From contig CAVTHO010000007.1 of the NCBI GenBank assembly GCA_963734545.1, positions 608,001 through 672,000 of the forward strand: a stretch of DNA of 64,000 bases, written 5' to 3'. The number at the start of each line of letters is the position of its first letter. Within the stretch, counting starts at the first letter, position 1. Under the pieces are notes generated by a model, which saw only the letters and a program-made list of their open reading frames with translations, did not search any database and was not told the DNA's origin. Shown here one piece after another: positions 22,517-31,755 of this stretch. This stretch comes from an uncultured Spirochaetota bacterium. Lineage in GTDB: Bacteria; Spirochaetota; Spirochaetia; SZUA-6; Fen-1364. The position numbers and the translations under genes were made by a program.

Positions 22517-24961
22517 ATGGCAGGGAAGAAGACCGCATCGAAGTTCCTGGAAACAAGGTATTTCGGGCTCGTGATCGGGTTCCTGGTCTTCGCCATCCTG
22601 TTTGGCCTCAGCTCCGGCACCGTGCTCATCCGGTTCGCCGAGCAGAAGATGCTCGATCTGAACTTTCGGTTGAAGAACTCGATCACCCGCACCCGTGTCC
22701 AGGAGGGCGTTTCGGTCCTGCAGGCCAATCCGCGCATCTCTCCCGACATTCTCATCGTGGGTATCGACGACAAGTCCCTTGCGCGTTTCGGAAGATGGCC
22801 TTTTCCACGGTACCGGCACGCCGACCTGATGGACTCCTTCTCGCGCATCAGGAACCAGGCCGAACGGGAGAGGGCGCTTTTCATCGACGTCTTCTTCATC
22901 GAGCCTTCGGAAACTCCCGAGGATGACGCACTCCTGGTCTCCAGCATCAAGAGCAACGGCCGCGTTTTCCTCGAAACTGTTCTCACGGAAGAGGAAAACC
23001 CTGCCGGAACCGAAGAGGAGTTTTTCGGCAGGCAGGAAATCCTCGACACGCGCATCGGGACCCTGACGAACGTGAAGGGAGACTGGCTGCGCATCAGCCC
23101 CTTCCTCGGCCTTCAATCTCCCCTCAAGCCCTATTCCCGGGCGACGTTCGCGTTCGGTCATGCGAACTTTCTTCCGGATGCGGACCAGGTATACCGCCGG
23201 CAGCCCCTGGTGACGCGGCTCCTGCGGCTGCAAAAAGAGATCCCGCTGGATCAGCTCACCGTGGACGAGCCCCTGGACAGGGCCGGCTTCGAGCACCTGG
23301 CCTGGATCGACAAGAACAATGTGACCCATGATGTTGCCTATCCCCTGACACCCGCTGTGCTCAGGGACCTGAAAAGCCAGATGGAGAAATCCGCGCCCCT
23401 CAAGATGGAGGAAGCCACAGATACTCAACCTGAAAAGAGCTACTTTGTGGTGAGAAAATACCGTGACGTTTTTCTCCCGTCCATCACCCTTTCGCTGGCG
23501 CTCGACTACATGCACAAGAAGATGTCCGACACCGAGATCGTGCTCGGCCACTACATCCGGATTCCCTCGCCGGAGAAATACAACGTGGACACCCAGCAGT
23601 GGGAACCGTACACGCTGACCATCACCGCTCCCCAGTACGACCAGGATGGGAATGTCACGAAAGAGGGGAAATACAGGAAAGTCCCCGAGGTCCGGATCCC
23701 CATTGATGACAAGGGGTTCATGCTCATCAATTTCATGGGCGAGCCCTCCAGCGCAAATCCCGACGAGCACCAGACTTTCCCCGTGCGCTCCTACTCCGGT
23801 TATGCGGCCTCTCCCCCGGCGCCCGACCCGGCGCGCTGGCCGCCCACGAAGAAGGTGGGCAACACGATCCTCATGGTCGGGCCCTTTTCCCAGGGCATCG
23901 CGGCGGATCAGAAGCCGACTCCCTTCGGGCTGATGTACGGGGTTGAGATGCACGCAAATGCGCTCAATACCATCCTCATGGGGAATTTCCTGAACTATGC
24001 GGAACCGTGGGTCAACACGCTCATCCTTTTTGCGCTGATCATGCTGGTCTCTCTCATGGTTTCGCGCCTCTCCACGATCTGGTCGCTTGTGGTCACGCTC
24101 GCCGCCATTGTGGTGTGCTTTTTCTCCTTCATGCTTCTGTTCGAGTTCAACAACTATGTCCTCACATTCTCCGCGCCCGCGATCGGCGCGTTTCTCAGCT
24201 TCCTCGCCGTTGTCGCCTACCGGACGGTATTCGAGGAACGCGACAAGCGGCGGATTCGAGACATGTTCGGCAAGTACGTGAGCCCCGCGGTCGTCGACGA
24301 GATACTCCAGAACCCCCCCGAGCTGGGCGGCGTGGACAAGGAGCTCACGGTCTTCTTCTCCGATATCCGCGGCTTTACGACCCTGTCGGAGAGCCTGTCC
24401 CCCCAGGAGCTGGTCAATCACCTGAACCAGTACCTGACGGCAATGACCGATCTGATCCTCGAGTACGCGGGAACCCTGGACAAGTACGTCGGCGACGAGA
24501 TCATGGGTTTCTGGGGCGCCCCGCTGCCGCAGCCCGACCACGCGCTCCTCGCGTGCAAGTGCGCCATCAGGCAGATCGAGGTGCTCAACAAGATGAATGC
24601 CGGGTGGCCCGTGGAGAAAAGGCTCGCCATCGGCATCGGGCTGAACACGGGCATCATGACCGTCGGCAACATGGGGTCCATCGGAAGGATGAATTACACG
24701 CTGATGGGAGACATGGTCAACCTCGGCGCGCGCCTCGAGGGCACCAACAAACAGTATGCCACCACCATCATCATGAGCGAATTCACCTATGCCCAGGTGA
24801 AGGACAAGGTGATTGCGCGGGAGCTGGACAATATCCGGGTGAAGGGCAAGAACAAGCCGGTCCTGATCTACGAGCTCATCGACGTGATCGAAGGGCTCGA
24901 GCCGCCCTTGAAAAGCGACGGCAGGGTCAATGTACCCGCCGGGGCAGGGGCAAAGGCCTAG
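22517..24961 (+). CDS. CHASE2-domain class III adenylate/guanylate cyclase
   Basis: IVGIDDKSL..FGRWPFPR and GVEMHAN (CHASE2), three TMs, FSDIRGFT, DKYVGD, GD.VNL.ARLE. The K in DKY and the NxxxR motif fit an adenylate cyclase. Confidence 0.93.
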   Translation: MAGKKTASKFLETRYFGLVIGFLVFAILFGLSSGTVLIRFAEQKMLDLNFRLKNSITRTRVQEGVSVLQANPRISPDILIVGIDDKSLARFGRWPFPRYRHADLMDSFSRIRNQAERERALFIDVFFIEPSETPEDDALLVSSIKSNGRVFLETVLTEEENPAGTEEEFFGRQEILDTRIGTLTNVKGDWLRISPFLGLQSPLKPYSRATFAFGHANFLPDADQVYRRQPLVTRLLRLQKEIPLDQLTVDEPLDRAGFEHLAWIDKNNVTHDVAYPLTPAVLRDLKSQMEKSAPLKMEEATDTQPEKSYFVVRKYRDVFLPSITLSLALDYMHKKMSDTEIVLGHYIRIPSPEKYNVDTQQWEPYTLTITAPQYDQDGNVTKEGKYRKVPEVRIPIDDKGFMLINFMGEPSSANPDEHQTFPVRSYSGYAASPPAPDPARWPPTKKVGNTILMVGPFSQGIAADQKPTPFGLMYGVEMHANALNTILMGNFLNYAEPWVNTLILFALIMLVSLMVSRLSTIWSLVVTLAAIVVCFFSFMLLFEFNNYVLTFSAPAIGAFLSFLAVVAYRTVFEERDKRRIRDMFGKYVSPAVVDEILQNPPELGGVDKELTVFFSDIRGFTTLSESLSPQELVNHLNQYLTAMTDLILEYAGTLDKYVGDEIMGFWGAPLPQPDHALLACKCAIRQIEVLNKMNAGWPVEKRLAIGIGLNTGIMTVGNMGSIGRMNYTLMGDMVNLGARLEGTNKQYATTIIMSEFTYAQVKDKVIARELDNIRVKGKNKPVLIYELIDVIEGLEPPLKSDGRVNVPAGAGAKA

Positions 24962-24967
24962 GGCGGG

Positions 24968-25814
24968 ATGCGCCTTTTCAGACTGCTTGCGATGCTCGGT
25001 ATCATGACAGCGGGAACCGGGTGCGGGTTGCCGGATTCGTACTTTCTCCAGCCCCCTGCGGTGAACGTCCCGGCCACACCCCTGGATCCCACGTTTCGAA
25101 TCGTCGGCACGGACAGGGGGTCCGACACCGGTGCGGATTTCCAGGGCTATGAGCTTTATTACAAGTTCTACGGCGGCACCGGCGACGCTACGTTCAATAG
25201 CGATGCAACCAGTTTTGGCACAGGTTCGACAAACACGGACCTCCAGCAGGCGGGATTTCACCGCCTCTGTCTTGGACCAAACAACCTTGGACCAGGCGAC
25301 TCCGAGCTCCCTGTCGACACGAGCGCTGGATTTGCGAGCGCCCCGCTCATCAATATCAAGCAAATCGATGAGCCAAATATCGGGCTCAAATATTCGGTCA
25401 GAATCAGGTTGAATGATCCTGGCACACCGGAGAGTCCTGCACCCAATACCGCGTCGCTGTCCTACTACGTGTATGCAAAGCCGGGAGTCAGCGCAGCGAT
25501 AAAATACGCGGAGGTGCGAAGGTTCGTGACGCAGACTGGAAACGTCTGCAAGACGTTCGCGTCCAATGACTCTGTTAGCGCCGCTGATCAACTGGGATCC
25601 TCCGACGTATGCTGACGCGGACCTTACGGGCGCCACAGGCCAGGCCATTTGGGGTCAGGTGACTGGCGGTCCGACCCCTGGCTATATCTATGTGATGTTG
25701 TATGCATTCAGCTACGGGATATCAACTGCGGCCGTCGGCGGCGTTGCTGTCAACACTCCGGTTTATTCCTCACCGGTTTATCTTGGGTACGTCACTGCCC
25801 TGGTTAATCCATAG
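24968..25814 (+). CDS. Putative lipoprotein (frameshift near 25590)
   Basis: Lipobox-like AGTGC, DFQGYELYYKFY. Continues in ORF 25566..25814. Confidence 0.6.
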
Positions 25815-25839
25815 CTGACTTTGAAGAAGGGACTTTAAC

Positions 25840-26118
25840 ATGTGGTTTTATTATTTCAGAGTGGGTCTCACCTATGTCACCATCGGGGTAGCTGCGGCGG
25901 TCTTCTTTTTCTTCGTGGTGAAGAAACCGGTGCTGGGAAAGCTGTGGGGAGCGATAGTTGTCGGACTGGTCGGCTCATTCCTCGGAGGGCTGATCGACCA
26001 GCTCTTTTCCAGGGTCATTCAGTACCTCTCCGACGTGAACTCGGTGAATGTCTTTTCCGCGCTGGCAACTTCGCTGCTCATGATCTGGCTGCTTTCTAAG
26101 GCAAGCTACCCGAGGTGA
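25840..26118 (+). CDS. Small membrane protein (GlsB/YeaQ/YmgE-like)
   Basis: IVVGLVGSFLGGLI motif, three hydrophobic segments. Confidence 0.6.
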   Translation: MWFYYFRVGLTYVTIGVAAAVFFFFVVKKPVLGKLWGAIVVGLVGSFLGGLIDQLFSRVIQYLSDVNSVNVFSALATSLLMIWLLSKASYPR

Positions 26119-26127
26119 GAGAGGAGG

Positions 26128-26331
26128 GTGAAACACGTGGACGGAACTGTGCGCGCAAGGATTGCCCCCGGCATGAGGGTTTCGATAGTCCAGAAGGCCG
26201 ACCAGCGCAGCGGCAACCGCACCGAGGGAGTGGTTCGTGACATCCTGACAAGCTCTCCCAACCATCCCCACGGCATCAAGGTCCGGCTCGAGACTGGCGA
26301 AGTCGGCAGGGTGCAGGAAATCCTCGGATAG
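26128..26331 (+). CDS. YwbE family protein
   Basis: IVQKADQRSG..TEGVV.DILT.S..HPHGIKVRL..G.VGRV. Confidence 0.9.
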   Translation: MKHVDGTVRARIAPGMRVSIVQKADQRSGNRTEGVVRDILTSSPNHPHGIKVRLETGEVGRVQEILG

Positions 26332-26361
26332 GGCGGGGGACAGCAAAGCAGCTTTCATACG

Positions 26362-27114
26362 ATGCAAACGCGCAGCACCCGGGTTGGCCGTTTCTGGATC
26401 ATTCTCCTGCTGTCCGCGGCTTTTCTCTTCCAGGAGCTCAAAACACCCGCCCAGAGTTTCCAGATCGATCTCGCGCGGGACGGCATGATCCTTGGCAGCG
26501 GGATTGTTTTTGCAGGGTTAGGGGAGCTGCTGGTCAGGTTTTCGCGTCCAGTGGAGGCACAGGAACACCCCGATATCACGCAGGTGCCCTTGCTCGACCG
26601 GGCAGCCATGTTTCCTTACTCAAAGGAAGGAGACACCGTGAGCACAATCCTTGAGTTTGCCTCACTTTCCGTTCCCGTGGTTCTCTGCGTCTCTACCCAG
26701 CCCGACTCCACGCTCTCTGCGGCGATTCTCTACGCGGAATCGCTTGCCCTGGCGTACGGGACCAAGAATCTGCTCAAATTCCTCTTTCCCCGACCGCGGC
26801 CCTACATATACAGCGGGGGAGCCCCCGGGGTTGACCGGTCAGAGGACGATCTGTCTTTTCCCTCCGGACATGCGACCATGTCGTTCACAGCCGCCGCCTT
26901 TTCGATGTTCCTTTTTTCAAGAGGCTTGCCCGGAGCCGCCAACTATCTTCCCCTTGTCGCAGCAAACTTCAGCCTTGCGGGATTGACCTCTTCGTACCGG
27001 GTCTTGTCCGGAATGCACTTTATTACCGATGTCGCAGCGGGTGCAGTGATCGGCGTTGTCTGCGGCTTTGTAGTTCCGTCTCTTGTCAGGCAGACGCGGG
27101 GGAGGGCCCTATGA
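26362..27114 (+). CDS. PAP2-family phosphatase
   Basis: K..F.RPRP, SFPSGHA, RV.SG.HF.TDV motifs. Confidence 0.9.
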   Translation: MQTRSTRVGRFWIILLLSAAFLFQELKTPAQSFQIDLARDGMILGSGIVFAGLGELLVRFSRPVEAQEHPDITQVPLLDRAAMFPYSKEGDTVSTILEFASLSVPVVLCVSTQPDSTLSAAILYAESLALAYGTKNLLKFLFPRPRPYIYSGGAPGVDRSEDDLSFPSGHATMSFTAAAFSMFLFSRGLPGAANYLPLVAANFSLAGLTSSYRVLSGMHFITDVAAGAVIGVVCGFVVPSLVRQTRGRAL

Positions 27115-27473
27115 AATGGATGAAGGCTCCTGAAGAACTTAAGGATTTACTTGAAACTGCCATGAAAAACATCGATTGCGAAAAGAAGCCCATGTTCGGC
27201 TACCCAGCTTATTTCATCAACAGGAACCTTTTCATCGGAATCTTCCAGGACAAGATCTTTGCCCGTCTATCTGATCATCAGCTGGTTTCGCTCCGCGTAA
27301 AGTATCATTCGATTTCTAATCTTGAGCCTATGCCAGGCAGACCCATGAAAAGCTATTACGTGCTTCCCAAGGATCTGTACTTGAATTCGAAAGCCTTCAA
27401 CAGCTTGATCAAGAGCTCAGCCGACTACACCCGTTCGCTGGCGCCCAAACCGAAGAAGAAGCCAAAAGCCTGA
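27111..27473 (+). CDS. TfoX/Sxy N-terminal-domain family protein
   Basis: KPMFGYPAYFIN.NLF, EPMPGRPMKSYY.LP, LAPK.KK tail. Confidence 0.8.
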   Translation: MKWMKAPEELKDLLETAMKNIDCEKKPMFGYPAYFINRNLFIGIFQDKIFARLSDHQLVSLRVKYHSISNLEPMPGRPMKSYYVLPKDLYLNSKAFNSLIKSSADYTRSLAPKPKKKPKA

Positions 27474-27657
27474 GTGGGGCATTCACTCTGGGAATGCTAC
27501 AGGCTGGGAACACCGCAGGCCTGAAACCATTATTCCTCAACTTCCGATAATAGATATTCTGTCTACTTTCAGAGCAGGCAAATATGCTGGAAAAGATGCC
27601 ATACGCAAGCCATTAACCGCAGCTGCAGCAACGCTATCCCCCCCAAGGGGCCCCCGG

Positions 27658-28626
27658 CTACTGCCCCTGAGACTTGCCTGCAGAGCCCAGTAAAGGCTCA
27701 ATACGAGGAGATCTGACCTGTTGTCGTGAAAGTTCCCGGTATGCCCCCGAGCTCGCAAATCTCGATATCAAGCTCCAGAGCTCCAGTGCGTGCTGCGGAT
27801 AGCCGGCGGCAAATGTTGAGCCGGCAAGGTAGTAAAGATCCTTATATAGCTCAACCTCGCCGGCGAATGCCTGAAGCTCGCCGCTCTTTTCTACCGCGGC
27901 GAGGACGTCCTGCAATGAAGCAAACTCGTAGTTGATGTCTCTCTCGCGGATGTAAGAGTTGATCTCGCTGACCTCATAAATGACGGAGTACAGGAGATGG
28001 GATATCGACTGTGAGAATCGCCCGGTTCGATAGTAGAACCATCCGAGCCTGGAGTGGGCCTTCAACGCAAATGAAGAATCGAATCTGTAGAGCAGCAGCA
28101 CATGGTCCAATCCTTTCTCAAGGTAGTTCTTCTCAATCTGGGTGCGCATGCGCGAGGTGGCCGTCTCAATAAAATGCCTGTCATCTGCCACGACCGCAGT
28201 AAGCTCATCCTCCATGAGCTTGTACAGCTCCTGGCTCTCATACAGGCGAGCCATTCTGTAAAGAACATCGTACTGAGAATCGGAAATGTAAAAGCCCTTT
28301 CTCTGGTTGTATGCTTTCTGATACTGACTGGCAGCCAGGTCAAACTCCCCTTCTTCGAAGTAAACGTCGCCAATCGCCATCTCTGCCTCTGGAAAGATCC
28401 CAGCAGAAGAAATAGCGTCTTTGTAGTATTGAAGAGCTCTGCCAAATTCCTTTGCAGCCATCGAGGCGTTTCCCTGCTCGAAGAGGATCCAATTCTGTGA
28501 CTGCCTGTCCTGACCTGACAGAGGCAGGGCGAGAAATGAGACAAGAAAGACTACCGGGATCCTGCGCAAGATACTGCCTCGCGATCTAAAGCATCCATAG
28601 GCCAATATGGGGTGTCTAAAAAACAT
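27658..28626 (-). CDS. Exported TPR protein
   Basis: Signal-like segment, TPRs (PEAEMAIGDVYFEEGEFDLAASQYQKA). Confidence 0.75.
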   Translation of the reverse strand: MFFRHPILAYGCFRSRGSILRRIPVVFLVSFLALPLSGQDRQSQNWILFEQGNASMAAKEFGRALQYYKDAISSAGIFPEAEMAIGDVYFEEGEFDLAASQYQKAYNQRKGFYISDSQYDVLYRMARLYESQELYKLMEDELTAVVADDRHFIETATSRMRTQIEKNYLEKGLDHVLLLYRFDSSFALKAHSRLGWFYYRTGRFSQSISHLLYSVIYEVSEINSYIRERDINYEFASLQDVLAAVEKSGELQAFAGEVELYKDLYYLAGSTFAAGYPQHALELWSLISRFASSGAYRELSRQQVRSPRIEPLLGSAGKSQGQ

Positions 28627-28720
28627 GACTTGCTTAAGTAAATTGTTCGCTTACGTATTGATGTTTCGAGCAAGTGTAAAAGCACCTCCTCGCTTCACGT
28701 CTTCGAATCGTCTTTCTGCC

Positions 28721-29332
28721 TTACCACCCTGCGCTGAGGACAAGATCGCCTTGGGTCCTGACAAGGTTCCTTATGCTCGTGGTATAGGTCAAAATCCGCT
28801 TGTCATCTGACAGCGATCCAAGCGTGAACTCCTGGATCGGCGTGGGAGCCTCGAGGACGAACGTGAGGTCGTAGCCATCGAAGAATGCATCGATCATTTG
28901 CAGCGAGTCTTCAGTCACCGGCTGTTTGGGCGCGTGCGCGATCAGTTGGGAGAATGTGCGCCGTGAGCCATCCACGCTCAACTTGAGATTCGCGTCACGG
29001 AAGGCGTCCACCTGCGCCAGCGCGTCGAGAGAGTCGAAAGCGAGCTCGACGCGGATCGAGATATCTTTCTCGTTCTCCGTCCGCTCGAACTTCGTCAGCC
29101 GCACCCTGCCCTGAGAGGCCTGCAGCGACCGTTCGAAATCGGCCCTGGCGAGGGGAAGGGGAACGACACCCTTCTCCGAGCTCGTTGTGCCGAGATCCGC
29201 CACCAGCTGGGACACGCGGTAGTTGAGAGCAAGGGTCCCGGAGCCGTCTTCCCTGATCGTCATCCTGCTGTCGATGCCGACGCAGGACATGATAAAAACC
29301 GAGGCTATACAAAGGATGACGATTTTTCGCAT
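28721..29332 (-). CDS. Putative lipoprotein
   Basis: MRKIVILCIASVFIMSC lipobox, I.EDGSG motif, RBS AGGAAAG. Confidence 0.7.
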   Translation of the reverse strand: MRKIVILCIASVFIMSCVGIDSRMTIREDGSGTLALNYRVSQLVADLGTTSSEKGVVPLPLARADFERSLQASQGRVRLTKFERTENEKDISIRVELAFDSLDALAQVDAFRDANLKLSVDGSRRTFSQLIAHAPKQPVTEDSLQMIDAFFDGYDLTFVLEAPTPIQEFTLGSLSDDKRILTYTTSIRNLVRTQGDLVLSAGW

Positions 29333-29410
29333 GGTCTTTCCTGATGTCACTATAGCGGATTCCCGGTCGAATTGCCAGTGGAGCACCCTGGAGTGTCAGT
29401 GCCCTGCCGG

Positions 29411-29727
29411 CCAACCGCGCCAACTCCGCCAGGAACAGAAGGGAGCGCAAGGGCTGCGGTCTCGCTTCCGCAGGCTCTCGGCGTCTGCTGCGCAGCCGCC
29501 TGCCGCCATACGCGTCCCTATCGTCGCTCGACCTCAGCATCCAACTGCGCCAACTCTGCCAGGAGCAGAAGGGAGCGCAAGGCCTACGGTCTCGCTTCTG
29601 TACCTCCCGTACTCGCTCGACCTCGGCATCCAACTGCGCCAACTCTGCCAGGAGCAGAAGGGAGCGCAAGGCCTACGGTCTCGCTTCTGTACCTCCCTGT
29701 ACTCGCTCGACCTCGGCATCCCTGCCT
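29411..29727. repeat. Intergenic tandem array of an ~89-bp hairpin-rich element (about 3 copies)
   Basis: Near-identical units at 29524-29612 and 29613-29702, a diverged partial copy at 29411-29468, and a terminal partial copy ending GGCATCCCTGCC. Confidence 0.9.
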
Positions 29728-30124
29728 ACGACGTTGCGGCGCGGTGGTTATACCAGTTCTTCGCTTTGCGCTTGGTAAGCTGTTCTTCGCGGTGGGCCCA
29801 ATAGTACTGAAGGGTTCTCGAGTTTTCGCAGGAATGGCAGATCGCCTTTCCCTCTCGAAACTCCCTCTGCGGCTGCCATTTGCCGCAACGCTCGCACTTT
29901 CGCTCATTGGCGTGGGGATCTTTGGAGTCTTGCAGAAAATAGTAGCTTGAACGTATTTTCATCAGGTTGCGGTGCGATACCTGGCCCGTCTTCAGCCAAT
30001 GATGAATCGTTGATTGGGTGCGCTGGAACATACGGGCGAGATCCGACTTGGACATCCTCCACGTTCTCATCATCCATTCGAGCATCTCGCGGACGGGAGG
30101 ATCTTCTGGCAATTCTCCTGGCAT
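29726..30124 (-). CDS. HTH plus CxxC-CxxC zinc-ribbon protein
   Basis: MSKSDLARMFQRTQSTIHHWLKTG (Cro/XRE-like HTH), CERC...CHSC. Confidence 0.7.
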   Translation of the reverse strand: MPGELPEDPPVREMLEWMMRTWRMSKSDLARMFQRTQSTIHHWLKTGQVSHRNLMKIRSSYYFLQDSKDPHANERKCERCGKWQPQREFREGKAICHSCENSRTLQYYWAHREEQLTKRKAKNWYNHRAATS

Positions 30125-30135
30125 TGCAGGTACCT

Positions 30136-30158
30136 CGTTACCGGATATATCGGTAACG
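30136..30158. promoter_or_regulatory. Near-perfect palindrome, candidate operator
   Basis: CGTTACCG-GATATAT-CGGTAACG, directly upstream of the GAGGT RBS of the HTH gene. Confidence 0.5.
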
Positions 30159-30201
30159 TACGGCCATTTTCTTAAGCGGATCAGGCATTATGCCGTTTTT
30201 T

Positions 30202-31755
30202 TTATTCCCACTCGATGGTAGCCGGCGGTTTGCTGGAAACATCGTACACGACACGGCCAATTTCCGGAATGTTGTTGGTAAGAGTCGATGAGATCTCCAG
30301 AAGATCGTTCATTTCCATGGGAAAAACGTCCGCGGTTATTGCGTCGAGCGACGTCACCGCGCGCAGCGCGAGAACGTGGCCATACCGCCGCATGTCGCCT
30401 GAGACGCCGACGGAGCGTATCGGCAGAAGGACGCAAAAGGCCTGCCAGATCTTCTCATAGAGGCCCCGTCCCCGCAGTTCCGCGAGAAAGAGGGCGTCCG
30501 CTTTGCGGAGAAGGGCGCTGTTCTCCCTGTTCACCTCGCCGAGGATCCTCACCGCAAGACCGGGCCCCGGGAATGGATGACGGTTGACAACGGCACGGGG
30601 AAGGCCGAGAGTGAGCCCCAGTTCCCTGACCTCGTCCTTGTACAACGAGGAGAGGGGCTCGATGATCTTTCCCTCCGCCCTCATTGCCTCGACAAGCGGC
30701 GAGCGCACGTTGTGATGCGTCTTGATGAGGTGTGCTTTGTCACCGACGCCTCGGCCTGACTCGATGAGGTCCGTGTACAAGGTTCCCTGCGCAAGGAAGG
30801 CATCGCGGATGCCCAGGGCGCGGATCTCCTCCGCCTGCACCTGCATGAACAGGTCCCCGATGATGCGCCTCTTCTGCTCGGGATCCGTCACTCCGGCGAG
30901 TCCGGCAAAGAAGCGTGCGGATGCGTCGATCGAATGCACGTGCACGGCGCCCAGTTCAGCAAGACTTGCCCGCACCTCGTCAGACTCACCCTGACGCATC
31001 AGGCCGGTATCGATGTACATCAAATGGATCCGGCGTGGGTCGAGACTCTTCAGCAGCAGGGCAGCCACGACGCATGAATCGACCCCTCCGGATATGAGGA
31101 GAACGACCTGCCGATCCCCTACCCGCTTCACAAGCTCTTCCCGCTCCCGTGACAGGAATGCCTTCATGTTCCAGTCCTGGCGGGCAGCGCAGATGTCGAT
31201 TGCGAAGGCGCCGAGTATTTCCATGCCGTATTGGCAGTGACTTGCCTCGGGGTGAAATTGCACGCCCCAGATGCGTCTGTTTTCATCGACAAAGGCCGCC
31301 GGAATCCCGCTTTCCGAGCTTCCGATAACGCGAAATCCCCGTGGAGTTGCCGTTACCGAGTCGCCATGGCTCATCCAGGACACGAAGGAATCCTCGGGAA
31401 GGCGGGAAAAGAGTCTCGTCCGGTCCTGAAGGGTGATCCGTGCGCGGCCGTACTCTTTTCGTCCCAGCGCCCTGACGGTACCCCCGTGGTCCGCGCTGAG
31501 GCGCTGGAAGCCGTAGCAAATCCCCAGGATGGGGAGACCCGAGTCGTAAATGCGCGCATCCACCGTGGGAGCATCGGCTTCATAGACCGAGTACGGAGAG
31601 CCGGACAGGATGATCCCTTTCGCCGCCGTGAGATCCATCTCATCGATTCTGGCGTCGCCTCGTACGATTTCACAGTAGACACCCAGCTGCCGGATCCGAC
31701 GCCCGATGAGCTGTGTGCTCTGGCCGCCAAAATCGAGAACCAGGATCTTGTCCAT
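30202..31755 (-). CDS. guaA: GMP synthase (glutamine-hydrolysing)
   Basis: ILVLDFG.Q.TQLI.RRIR, GICYG, QFHPE, SGGVDS, HPFPGPGL, KPPATIEWE. Confidence 0.98.
   Translation of the reverse strand: MDKILVLDFGGQSTQLIGRRIRQLGVYCEIVRGDARIDEMDLTAAKGIILSGSPYSVYEADAPTVDARIYDSGLPILGICYGFQRLSADHGGTVRALGRKEYGRARITLQDRTRLFSRLPEDSFVSWMSHGDSVTATPRGFRVIGSSESGIPAAFVDENRRIWGVQFHPEASHCQYGMEILGAFAIDICAARQDWNMKAFLSREREELVKRVGDRQVVLLISGGVDSCVVAALLLKSLDPRRIHLMYIDTGLMRQGESDEVRASLAELGAVHVHSIDASARFFAGLAGVTDPEQKRRIIGDLFMQVQAEEIRALGIRDAFLAQGTLYTDLIESGRGVGDKAHLIKTHHNVRSPLVEAMRAEGKIIEPLSSLYKDEVRELGLTLGLPRAVVNRHPFPGPGLAVRILGEVNRENSALLRKADALFLAELRGRGLYEKIWQAFCVLLPIRSVGVSGDMRRYGHVLALRAVTSLDAITADVFPMEMNDLLEISSTLTNNIPEIGRVVYDVSSKPPATIEWE

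Noticed and set aside
22079-25648. 1189-aa minus-strand ORF
   Set aside because: Antisense shadow of the CHASE2 cyclase and its neighbours. It has no motifs and is typical of high-GC3 coding DNA.
29411-29727. Possible CRISPR array
   Set aside because: The unit is ~89 bp and copies 2 and 3 are contiguous with no unique spacer. No cas genes or AT-rich leader nearby.
28995-29950. ORFs with repeated peptides across the repeat array
   Set aside because: They are translations of the DNA repeat in several frames, with no RBS or protein-like composition.
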